Position numbers and translations under genes: made by a program. A stretch of DNA of 63,714 nt, filler included, from Octopus bimaculoides (taxonomy: Eukaryota), in assembly GCF_001194135.2 (NCBI RefSeq). It is 4 parts of 4 records of this genome, joined end to end, with 100 filler letters (N's around TTAATTAATTAA, not from the genome) between each part and the next. Parts side by side here need not be neighbours in the genome. Positions count along the whole stretch, not along the records: positions 38,863 to 63,714 come from NC_068989.1; 3 more parts are not named here. One strand, written 5' to 3'. This document shows, in pieces, positions 51,530 to 61,643 of this stretch (its first letter is position 1; each line of letters begins with the position of its first letter). Under the pieces are notes generated by a model. The model searched no databases, was not told the DNA's origin, and saw nothing but the letters and a program-made list of their open reading frames with translations.

Positions 51530-54500
51530 ACTGTGTAAAATTAGCTTGTTTGATTAAAATAACCCAAAGAAATACTTCTGTATTTGGAACAGTGTGTTCA
51601 CTTTAGTCTTCAGCATCCAAGAACAAGATCTTTTATATAACTAGTGAATACTCCCTCACCTGTATACATCTTTTCTCTTCATGTAATTTCTACATGGGTT
51701 TTTCTGACCCTTTAAACTAGTTGCTTAACTCTAACATGTTTTTCTGACACTATACTGAGTGTCTCAGAATTAACTATCCCATTTCAATGAAATCGAGCAA
51801 ATTTTTTTAAAAACTGACAGAATTTTATATTTATTACTTAATTATGATACCAAAACAAATAGACTTGTAAATCTTATATCAAAACTTTATTGAAAATTTT
51901 TAAGATATGCTCTGTCTGTATTGCAGCAAACTTCAAATGTATCCTTAGCATTGCAAAATACATTTTGAAGCATTTCAGGAGTTCTCTCCTGCACTGCTAA
52001 CTGAATGCATTCTTTTAAGTTCAGCTAACTGAATGCATTCTTTTAAGTTCCTGGGGATGGAGGTAGAGAAAAAAGCTGGATCTAATAGGAATGAAAATAA
52101 AATTATTGAAAAAAATAAAATTATAAACAAAATTAATAATTCATACACTTTATACATATATTAAACATGATAAATATAAATAAAAATGAGTTTTAAAAAT
52201 AAATTGTTCGATTTCACTGAAATAGATAGTTAATAATCCAAAATACAAAACCTCAGAATAAGTTCATTACTTCATGCTTTCTAAAGTAGACTTTCTTAAT
52301 TAGATATAAACAATTAAAAGGATTAATTACCATTTCCAGCGATATTGTATAAAAAGAAGTAGGACACAAATGTGCAAGACAAGGAGACTTAAATGAAAAT
52401 AACGATTCAGAAAGATATCCTCTGGTAGAAACCTCCAGTTGACAGTCCATTGAAAGAGAAATTGCCGACCAAGGTCAAAAGAACGCACAATGTACCCAAC
52501 AGGATTTTTTATGAGGAATGGTAGCGCAAGTATGATCTGTAAAAAACAGAAATCAAAAATTCAAACAATTCAAGAGATGAAAGGTGTTTTTTTTTTTTTT
52601 TTTAAATAAAAAACTAGAAAGGTAAAAGTGCAAGTAATTTAAGAATGAAAAACAGGAAGAAAATAAATTTGTCCCTATTTCATCTTTAACAACTGCTGCT
52701 AAGCTTAAGCCAAACATTTGAAATGTAAAAAAAAAAATAAATAGATATAATATAATGTTAATATATACATATATAATATAATGTTCATATTTATAATATA
52801 ATGATAACATATATATAATATAATGCTAACATATTATGTAATAAATTCAAATTACGATAAACGTAAACAAACAAACGAAGTTTGCTTTAGAAGCGTTGAG
52901 ATGTCTTAGAAAGTTAAAGAAGTGACTTTAAATTCTCAAACGCAGGATAATGCAAATAATATAGCCTGAACAGGATAAGCTACCCCTATTTTGCAGAAAA
53001 AAGTGTTGGCAGCCAGCCAATAGGGGTAGCTTATCCTGTTCAGGCTATATTATTAGCATTATCCTGCGTTTGAGAATTTATATTATGTAATGTCTATATA
53101 TAATATATAATATAATGTCATATATACTATAATGTTAATACAGAGATCATGCAGTCTATATAAACTTGCTACATTTCACCCATTCCATAGAGAACAATAT
53201 CTAATCTCTGAATTATTTGTAGAAATAAATTAAACATTTTTTTTTTGTCACTTTCATTAGGCCTTTGTCTGTAATTTGGTATGGCATTTAATTAATGGAA
53301 CATCACTTTAAGACTTCACCTTCAATACAAGTTAGTCTGACAGAGCTAATTACACTTTTAGGAGGATTTGGGGGTTTTTCTGCTTATGGTGGCAAGCTGT
53401 GTTGCTCTATTATACACATTTCTAACTCTGTGAAGCAACTATTTAGGAGTTAACTGTTTTAATCATGGACTTAATGTACATTAGAGTTAGAGCAATGATA
53501 AACCTAAAAAGAAGATATGAGCACCTGATGTGTCAAGTCTGCTACCTGGTTTAGATTTCCAGTTGTCACTCTTTCACAACACTAAAATAGGGCTTTTGTA
53601 TAGCTAGTAACACAAAATGGGTAAAACATTGTCAAAAATGTGAAGAGATGAAAATGTAAGTAATATCACAAACCTGAGGAAGAGCACATATTATTAAATG
53701 GTAGATAGTTTTTAAAATGCCATGCCTCACCAATAATAGGAGAAGGAGAGCCGGTGAAAAGAGAAGTATGTTCATTTTGACTGAAACACCAAAACTACAA
53801 TAAAATAATAAATATAATTAATAGAATATTGATAATTATTATGAAATGATAATAATTAGAGAGGCATAAATGAAATGTTTCCCCGACTTTGCTTCCTTTC
53901 CTTTTATTTCTTTCTTTTTTTTACTGACTGTTTTTCACAGTATTTCAGCCAAACCTCAGCCAGTTTCATTTTCTTTTCTCTCTGGAACACATTAATTCTT
54001 ACCCAAACACAACTGAAGAGATCAACTTTTGCTTTGTACCCACTGCATCACTACCACTGCTGTTGTCACAGCTGCTACTACTGCCACTGCTGCTGCTTCC
54101 ACCTCTGCCAGCATCATTTTACATCTGTTTCTTACTTTATAATGCTTGCATGTGTTTCACTGGTTTTCTCCAATACAGTGCCTTGTCACCTGTTGCAGTC
54201 TCTTCATTACATTTGTGAGTTTCAGCATTCTAAGATCATGTTTTCCTTTGTCTTCCTCTGTCTTACTTTTCCACAGGTCCCTTCCATTTGAATTAATTAA
54301 CACTTCTTTATGCAACTGTCATCATTCATATGCTACACATATGTACTAGCATACACTCCTCTTTTGTATGCTACAGCCGATTCTTCTTATGTCCACATTT
54401 TCTTTCAGCTTATTGAAACTTCTATCAATCATGTACATAAACATTACATGTACAATGAAGCATGCTTGTATAATTTCTTTCCAGCCTTTACAGATCTTCC

Positions 54501-57500
54501 ATATTCAGTATTTATGTTTCGTTACTCTGCAACATCATACCTTGAACACAAACATTATATAATCTGGCAGCAAGCTGGCAGAAACATTAGCGCGCCGAGC
54601 GAAATGCTTAGCGGTATTTTGCCTGCCGTTACGTTCTGAGTTCAAATTCAGCCGAGGTTGACTTTGCCTTTCATCCTTTTGGGGTTGATAAATTAAGTAT
54701 CAGTTATGCACTGAGGTCGATGTAATCGACTTAATCCCTTTGTCTGTCCCCTCTATGTTTAGCCCCTTGTGGGTAATAAAGAAATAACATTATATAATCT
54801 ACACTTCACATGGAAAGAGAATCCTTTTGTTTCCAGCAGATGTAATGCTTCACTGAATTTTTTACAACTTGTTTTACAACTGGTTACTATACTTTTGGAA
54901 TACCTACTTCCACTTTTGATCACATAGGAAACAAAAGTTGTTAACTATAGGGTCACCCCATAAATAATACATTTTTTTTCAATTGTATGAACTAAAAGTT
55001 GGAAGGGGATGGAATAAACTGCCTGCATCAACTTGCTACAAAAGCAGGTAGTAATTTTACCTTGTACTTATTCTTAGTGTAAGTTTTGAAGAGTGCAGTT
55101 CGATTTTAACAGTTATTTTTCAAAGCTGTAATGGAAGTGACAAAGGAGCATATTCGGCATATTTTGCTTTATGAGCATATTTGCTTTATTGCCGTCAATA
55201 AAGGCAATAGCGCAACAGAAAGTGCAAGGAATATTAATGCAGTATATGGTGATCGGACAATAAGTGTAAGCCAGTTTCAACAGTGATTCCAGAAATTTCA
55301 AGCCGGAAACTACAACCTGGAAGATCTGTAGAGCTTGATGAGGATGTCCTGCAAACCTTGGTGGAACAAACTTCCACTACAACTGTTGAGGAACTAGCAG
55401 AGAAGCTTAGATTTGGTCATTCAACCATTCATCAACACCTGTGTGCCATCAGAAAAGTCAGTAAATTGGATCAATGGGTTTTTTTGAGTCTAATTATGTG
55501 CAGAGAATGAATGTGTGTTCTTCTTTACTGTCAAGTCTCATGAATGAACCTTTTTTGGATTGAATAGTGACTGATGACGAGAAATAGGTTACCTATAAAA
55601 ATGTGAAGCATCGAAGACAGTGGGTAGGAAAAGGAGAAACACTGGCACCCCAAGCTAAAGAAGGTCTTCAACCACGTAAGGTGTTGTTATCTGTTTGTGG
55701 GGTATGAAAGGTTTAGTCCACTTTGAACTTTTAAACCCAAACTAAATGATAACAAAGGAGATCTACTGCGAGCAACTTGACTGGCTTAAGTGAGCGTTAG
55801 AAGGAAAACGACCACCTTTCGTTTGAAGACGAAAAGTGTTCATCTATCAGGATAATGTTAGGTCACATACAGCGAGGATGACATTCTAAAGGCTGGAGCA
55901 GTTTGAATGGGAAACGATGCCCCACCCACCATATTCACTGGACATTGCCCCCATCTGATTATTATTTATTCCGCAGTCTTCAAAATCATTTAGGCAGAAA
56001 AAATACGAATTCTGTAGATGAGGTCAGAATATTACTGGAAGAGAATATTTCATTGTGGACAAATGGATTTTAGAAGAGGGGACTTGCAAGTCTACCAGAT
56101 AGACAGAAGAGCATTGTAAACAATGAAGGAGAGTATATTTTAGATTAAAAAAGAACTTTGTTTATCTTAATTTTGAAAGATAAAAGCAGTATAAAAAAAA
56201 CTGCATTATTTATGGGATGACCCAATACTTCAGTGGCACTTTCTGAGCATTTAAAAGAATTTATTTATTCTATGGGTATTATTGCTGCTAACTAGCGCTG
56301 TGCATCTGCTCCATACAAAGTCCTTTTTTTCTATCAATTTGCCTGTGATCTCACTTTATTATTTGTTCACATATAGATTTAATTCTTCCTGCATATATTA
56401 TCAGTACTGTGAGGGAGGCTAACTGGGAAGATAGTTTTTGTATGTGGCAAATGCTCAGGTGCTATAAACACAGAAAATGTGCAGAGAACAGCTTCTGTCA
56501 CATTCCAGGGAGAAAAACTAGAAGTAGTCGATAGCTTCCATTACCTAGGTAACCAAGTCAGTAGCAGGGGTGAAAGTGTAGCTGCTAGAATAAGAATAGC
56601 CTGGGCAAAGTCCAGAGAGCTCCTACCTCTGCTGGTGACAAAGGGCTCTCACTCAGAGTAAAAGGTAGACTGTATGAAGCATGTGTGCAAACAGTCATGC
56701 TACATGGTAGTGAAACATGGGCCGTGACTGCTGAGGACATGCGTAAGCTTGCAAGGAATGAAGCCAGTATCCTCCGCTGGATGTGAAATATCAGTGTGCA
56801 TACACAACAGAGTGTAAGCACCCTGAGAGAAAAGCTGGATTTAAGAAGCATCAGATGTGGTGTGCAAGAGAGACGACTGCACTGGTATGGTTGTGTTGCG
56901 AATGAATGAGGACAGTTGTGTGAAAAAGTGTCACACCCTAGCAGTTGAGGGAACCTGTGGAAGAGGTAGACTCAGGAAATCCTGGGATAAGGTGCTGNNN
57001 NNNNNNNAGGGAACCTGTGGAAGAGGTAGACTCAGGAAATCCTGGGATAAGGTGCTGAAGCACGACCTTTGAACATTGGGCCTTACCGAGGCAATGAGTA
57101 GTGACCGAAACCTTTGGAGATATGCTGTGCTTGAGAAGACCCAACAAGCCAAGTGAGACCATAGCCCGTGGCCGATGCCAGTGGGTGTAACCAGCCCATT
57201 TATGAATACCCCTCATTCATTGGACAATAAACCTTGCCTGTGAAGACCTATTGAGACAAGTGAAATCAAAATCGAAATTGCTGATGTGGCCGACAACAGT
57301 ACCACCTGATTGGCACTCATGCCAGTGGAACATTAAAAGCACATCCGGATGTGGGGTGTAACCGGTCCACTTATGAGTACCCCTCATTCATTGGACAATG
57401 AACTTTGCTTGCGAAGACCTATTGAGGCAAGTGTAAACAAATCAAAATCGCTGATGTGGCCGATGACAGTACCACCTGATTGGCACTTGTGCCAGTGGAA

Positions 57501-58236
57501 CGTTAAAAGAAGCATATCTGAGCGTGATCATTGCTAGGGTCACGGATTGGCTCCTGTGCTGGTGACATGTGAAAAGCACCATTTGAGCATGATCATTACC
57601 AGCGTCGCCTTACTGGCACGTGAAAAACAACATTCGAGTGTGGTCGTTGCCAGTGCCGCTGGACTGGCTCCCTTGCACGTAGCACGTAAATACACCTTCT
57701 GAGTGTGGTCGCTGCACGAACCCTCATTCTGGTGGCATGTAAAAAGCACCCACTACACTCTCAGAGTGGTTGGTGTTTGGAAGGGCATCCAGCTGTAGAA
57801 ACTTTGCCAGATCAGATTGAGCCTGGTGCAGCCTCTGGTTTACTAGTCCTCAGTCAAACCGTCCAACCCATGCCACCATGGAAAGCGGACGTTAACCGAT
57901 GATGATGATGATGATGATGACGATGATGATGTAAAACATCAAGAAGTTGACAAAAAAGAATTTCATTGAATAAGAAAAATAGCTTCAACATCTTACTTTT
58001 ACTTTATAATTAGTTTTCCCAAGCAAAACCAAAATTTGATGAGAACCAATGGGAAGATAATATAGTAATACAAACCTGTAGAATAAACATCCAAGACCCC
58101 AGTAGTCTCTGATGAAAAGGGAAACAGAGATAAAGAAAAGCAACATGGCAATTGGGTCATTGAAGAGACGAAGCACATAGATGGAGTGGATTCGATAGGA
58201 TGCACAACACATGAAGAGGAAAAAGTAAGGAGCAAT
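44571..58236 (-). CDS. ALG3: ALG3 alpha-1,3-mannosyltransferase, partial multi-exon gene (six 3' exons; 5' exons not found in the window)
   Basis: Exons 58236-58076, 53794-53674, 52536-52331, 50373-50312, 48321-48192 and 44766-44571 splice into 876 nt (291 aa + stop) with consistent phases. Motifs [60 protein letters not shown] and [11 protein letters not shown] are characteristic of ALG3. C-terminus SKKSK* fits the KKxx ER-retrieval motif. Confidence 0.97.
44861..45081. mobile_element. piggyBac-like MITE (family G) with TTAA TSD
   Basis: TTAA|CCCTTT ... AAAAGGG|TTAA; related copies at 46085-46182, 50943-51151, 58568-58720 and 58728-58920. Confidence 0.75.
45640..46020 (-). mobile_element. 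Young composite SINE (family B head + short simple-repeat linker + family C 3' module)
   Basis: Near-intact, CpG-retaining copy; reverse complement matches 59020-59180 plus 59560-59757; ends in gagtaaaagagtaaag. Confidence 0.88.
46579..46798. mobile_element. piggyBac-like MITE (family F) with TTAA TSD
   Basis: TTAA|CCCTTTAGCATT ... AATGCTAAAGGA|TTAA (12-bp TIR, one mismatch). Confidence 0.8.
48192..48321 (-). CDS. ALG3: ALG3 exon (130 nt), [42 protein letters not shown](K)
   Basis: Preceded by the AC acceptor of the U12 intron; donor AA|gtaagt; contains the conserved [12 protein letters not shown] motif. Confidence 0.96.
48548..48765 (+). mobile_element. SINE family A, decayed
   Basis: ggtgagctggca...aaatgcttagcggc...gagttcaaat...gaggtcgactttg...aagtaccag. 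Confidence 0.8.
48792..48932. repeat. Degenerate ~35-40 bp minisatellite, 3-4 units
   Basis: Recurring cataaac..ctgctgct.tta.(c)cta.ctacat units. Confidence 0.6.
48941..49139 (+). mobile_element. SINE family A with 18-bp TSD
   Basis: attattacatgcaaataa at 48923-48940 and 49140-49157. Confidence 0.85.
49290..49945 (-). mobile_element. Tc1/mariner (maT-like) transposon fragment, internally deleted
   Basis: TA|CAGGGTG terminus; [18 protein letters not shown] and WPPNSPDCN-like transposase remnants on the minus strand. Confidence 0.75.
50312..50373 (-). CDS. ALG3: ALG3 exon (62 nt), (C)[20 protein letters not shown](Q)
   Basis: Acceptor ttaatttcag|T, followed by the U12 donor C|ATATCCTTT; phases 2 and 1 join both neighbours in frame. 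The protein is poorly conserved here, so the call rests on splice signals and frame. Confidence 0.88.
50943..51151. mobile_element. piggyBac-like MITE (family G)
   Basis: Ends cccttttgttacc and caaaagggtt; internal similarity to 44861-45081 in inverted orientation. Confidence 0.7.
51378..51529 (+). mobile_element. Short RTE-type 3' tail with (GAT)n
   Basis: ggaagggcatccagctgtaaaa...ccgtccaacccatgccagcatggaa...gatgatgat, as at 57778-57930. Confidence 0.8.
52331..52536 (-). CDS. ALG3: ALG3 exon (206 nt), [68 protein letters not shown]
   Basis: Acceptor ttttttacag|ATC, donor TG|gtaatt; contains the conserved FDLGRQF..WTVNW motif. Confidence 0.97.
52931..53078. mobile_element. Fold-back MITE-like inverted repeat flanked by TA
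   Basis: Arms 52929-52990 and 53019-53080 are reverse complements at 61/62 nt, with a 28-nt spacer. Confidence 0.75.
53674..53794 (-). CDS. ALG3: ALG3 exon (121 nt), (S)[40 protein letters not shown]
   Basis: Acceptor ttattgtag|T, donor CAG|gtttgt; AG+T completes the Ser codon from the previous exon. Confidence 0.96.
54566..54785 (+). mobile_element. SINE family A, young copy with 15-bp TSD
   Basis: aacattatataatct at 54551-54565 and 54786-54800. Confidence 0.9.
54948..56225 (+). mobile_element. Full-length (1278 bp) but inactivated mariner (DD34D) transposon
   Basis: TA TSDs at 54946-47 and 56226-27; TIRs (t)agggtcaccccataaataat / attatttatgggatgacccaa; transposase remnants [42 protein letters not shown] with stops and frameshifts. 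Confidence 0.92.
56413..57930 (+). mobile_element. 5'-truncated RTE-clade LINE 3' end, in an ALG3 intron, antisense to the gene
   Basis: Same family as 42166-43803 ([28 protein letters not shown]); 3' UTR has two ~170-bp tandem units; (GAT)n tail. Confidence 0.9.
58076..58236 (-). CDS. ALG3: ALG3 exon (161 nt), [53 protein letters not shown]
   Basis: Acceptor ttactacag|ATT, donor TACAG|gtttgt; strong similarity to the remembered ALG3 core sequence. Confidence 0.97.
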
Positions 58237-58567
58237 CTGTAGTAAAAAAATAATGAGAGAGAAAGAAATAAAGAATATAAGGAGATTCATAATTTTACCA
58301 TCACAAACAATATTAGAAGAATGGGGGTATCTTCTACATGGTCATTTGACTTACTAGAAATAACAGCAAAATTTTTCTCAAATCACACTTATTGGACAAT
58401 GTAGCTTTAGATACATAGTAACTTGATAACGATAACAACAGCCTAAAGTATCTGATAATAAATCTACTTAGTATAGGGAAACAATGCGATCATAGAATAG
58501 ACTGGAACAAAAATATCCAAAGTACTGAACCAGTAAATGGTGGTTCCTAAACAGTTAACAGGTCACT

Positions 58568-58920
58568 TTAACTCTTTCATTACTATATTTCTGTTGAAAT
58601 ACAATGCTTTTGCTTCAATTAATTTTGAAAATAATGGAAAATTTTGTAAAATTATTTTATCATTATTAAGCTGGTACTTGAAACAAATTAACATAAAATT
58701 TTGATGGAAGGCTTCAATTTAGATTACCTTAATCCTTTTGTTACCATATTTCTGTTGAAACATACTAATTTTATTTGAATTACTTTTGAAAATAATGAAG
58801 AATTTAGTAAAATAATTTTGTTATTATTAAGCTGGTATTAAGAACAAATTAACATGAAAAACAAGTTTATATCATAGAACTAGGGACGGTTTCATGTGAG
58901 TTGGTAGCAAAAGAGTTATA
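58568..58920. mobile_element. Two adjacent family G MITE copies
   Basis: Repeated tatttctgttgaaa...ttttgaaaataatg.a.aattt.gtaaa...tattaagctggta units; CCCTT-like ends. Confidence 0.7.
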
Positions 58921-59019
58921 AAGAGTGAGTCAAAAAGATTAATGATAGCAGAATTAACTTCTGTCCTCATACAAAATGTTTATTTGTAAACAAAATACAA
59001 ACATTGGTACATTGATATA

Positions 59020-59757
59020 CAAGTGTGGCTGTGTGGTAAGAAGCTTGCTTACCAACTATATGGTTCTGGGTTCAGTCACACTGCATGGCATCTTGAGCAA
59101 GTGTCTTCTTCCATAGCCCCAGGCTGACCAAAACCTTGTGAGTGGATTTAGTAGATGGAAACTGAAAGAAGCCCATTGTGTATCTGTATATATATATAAT
59201 GTGTGTGTGTGTGAGTATATATATATATATCCACATGTGTGTGTGTGTCTTTATGTCTGTGTTTGTCCCCCATCACCTCTTGACAACCGGTATTGGTGTG
59301 TTTATGTTCTCATAACCTAGTNNNNNNNNNNTGTTTGTCCCCCATCACCTCTTGACAACCGGTATTGGTGTGTTTATGTTCTCATAACCTAGTGTTTTGG
59401 CAAAAGAGACCAACAGAATGAATACTAGATTTTCAAAGAATAAGTCCTGGGACTGATTTCTTCAACTAAAACTCTTTAAGGTGGTGCTCCAGCATGGCTG
59501 CAGTCAAATGTATTTCTGTTGAAATAAGCCCGTCGTATATATGTATATATATATATGTTTGTGTGTCTGTGTTTGTCCCCCCACCATCGCTTGACAACCG
59601 ATGCTGGTGTGTTTACGTCCCCGTAACTTAGCGGTTCGGCAAAAGAGACCGATAGAATAGGCTTGCAAAGAATAAGTCCTGGGGGTCGATTTGCTTGACT
59701 AAAGGCGGTGCTCCAGCATGGCTGCAGTCAAATGACTGAAACAAGTAAAAGAGTAAT
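59020..59757 (+). mobile_element. Cluster of composite SINEs (family B head + family C modules)
   Basis: Head 59020-59180; C modules at ~59255-59510 and 59560-59757. Confidence 0.85.
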
Positions 59758-59779
59758 ATTTAGAAAATAGTTAAGGCAG

Positions 59780-60165
59780 CAAGCTGATAGAATCGTTAAC
59801 ATGCTAGGCAAAATGCTTAACAGTATTTCATCCATGAGTTCAAATTCCACTGAGGTTGACTTTGCCTTTCATCCTTTCAAGGTTGATGTAATTGACTTAA
59901 CCCCTCCACCAAAGTTGCTGGCTTTTTGCCAAAATTTGAAATGAAATTGATATTTAGAAAATAGTTAAGGTAGCAAGCTGGCCAAATTGTGGGCATGTTG
60001 AACCTGTCTTTATGTTTTGAGTTCAAATGCTGCCAAGGATAACTTTGTCTTTCATCCTTTCAGGGTTGATAAAATAAGTATCAGCTGAACACTCGGGTCG
60101 ATGTAATCGACTTACCCCAATTCTCGAAACTGCTGGCCTTGTGCCAAAATTTGAAACCTATTTTT
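59780..60165 (+). mobile_element. Two tandem decayed family A SINEs
   Basis: Each copy is preceded by atatttagaaaatagttaagg; family A core sequence present. Confidence 0.8.
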
Positions 60166-60354
60166 AGAATAGCTTTCAATATTCAAACATCCCCATTTTG
60201 ACAATGCTTCACAATTTAAAGTTGCCTTGGCACCGTAGACAGGAGTCTTCTGCTATAGTCTCAGGTTAACTGAAGCCTTGAAAGTGGATTTAGTGGGTGG
60301 AAACTGAACAAAGTCCATTACATATATATATATATATATATATATATAGGTTCA

Positions 60355-60537
60355 AAAAACACAAAAAAACAACAAAGTGAGGATGTGATACGGATAGTGT
60401 TATTGGACGCTCAGGAAAGGAAGGAGAGAGAGTATGATGTTTCGGGCGGAACCCTTCGTCGGAAAGACAGAAAGTTCGGAGAATGGAAAACCGGAGGAAG
60501 AGCAAAATGGCACCGATGCCCACGAGGTTACATTGTG
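60355..60537 (-). mobile_element. Repeat remnant with a degenerate hammerhead-like motif (60436-60462)
   Basis: Minus strand CCGACGA-A-GGG(ttccg)CCC-GAAA-CAUC; runs into a gap. Confidence 0.45.
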
Positions 60538-61306
60538 NNNNNNNNNNNNNNNNNNNNNNNNNNNNNNNNNNNNNNNNNNNNNNNNNNNNNNNNNNNNNNN
60601 NNNNNNNNNNNNNNNNNNNNNNNNNNNNNNNNNNNNNNNNNNNNNNNNNNNNNNNNNNNNNNNNNNNNNNNNNNNNNNNNNNNNNNNNNNNNNNNNNNNN
60701 NNNNNNNNNNNNNNNNNNNNNNNNNNNNNNNNNNNNNNNNNNNNNNNNNNNNNNNNNNNNNNNNNNNNNNNNNNNNNNNNNNNNNNNNNNNNNNNNNNNN
60801 NNNNNNNNNNNNNNNNNNNNNNNNNNNNNNNNNNNNNNNNNNNNNNNNNNNNNNNNNNNNNNNNNNNNNNNNNNNNNNNNNNNNNNNNNNNNNNNNNNNN
60901 NNNNNNNNNNNNNNNNNNNNNNNNNNNNNNNNNNNNNNNNNNNNNNNNNNNNNNNNNNNNNNNNNNNNNNNNNNNNNNNNNNNNNNNNNNNNNNNNNNNN
61001 NNNNNNNNGTGTGTCTGTATGTGTCCGTGTGTGTATATTTTTTGTGCGTGCGTGTCTGTGTATATTGTGTATGTTTTCGTGCGTGTGTGTGTTGTGTATG
61101 TGAGTGAGTATTGTGTATGTGAGAGGTGTGTGTGCGTGTGTGCATGTGTATGTGTGTGTGCGTGCGTATGTGTGTGAGAGCGTAAGGATGTGTGCCAGGT
61201 ATGTGTGTTATTTTGTGTGTGTGTGTGTGCATGTGTATGCGACTGTGTATGTACGTGTATGTAGGCGTGCGCGTAGAGAGAGAGAGAAAGAGAGAGAGGA
61301 GGGAGG

Positions 61307-61355
<49 letters not shown>

Positions 61356-61643
61356 AGAGAGAAAATATAAAAGGGATAAGTTATCCTGGTGGATACTGTA
61401 TTGTCTCTCAAATTGGTTCAGATGCTGGTTATCCACAATAGTCCATTATATAGTACTAAAACTTAGAAAAAGATACTTGACAAAATTGCAATGACTAGAA
61501 TGCATAATTGCATACAATGCAATGTGCAGTCACTGCAGTCGAAACACATGTAGGTTAGATGTATATGCTGTAGAAAACATTTAAATAAAGAAGTTTTGGG
61601 ATGTGAATAAAATCTCCACTCTCCTCTTTGTTATCAATGTTAT

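Noticed and set aside
51927-51950. GTATCCTT U12-like donor on the plus strand after a cag and 12 nt
   Set aside because: Antisense to ALG3, with no other evidence for a plus-strand gene or downstream U12 branch site.
56946-57057. Direct repeat flanking a 10-N gap (also 59261-59391)
   Set aside because: Overlapping contig ends around a nominal gap; assembly artefact.
61395-61415. tacag|TATCCACCAGGA as a possible ALG3 upstream exon (YPAG motif)
   Set aside because: In-frame TAA follows immediately and the phase does not fit; exons 1-3 are probably outside the window or in the 60538-61008 gap.
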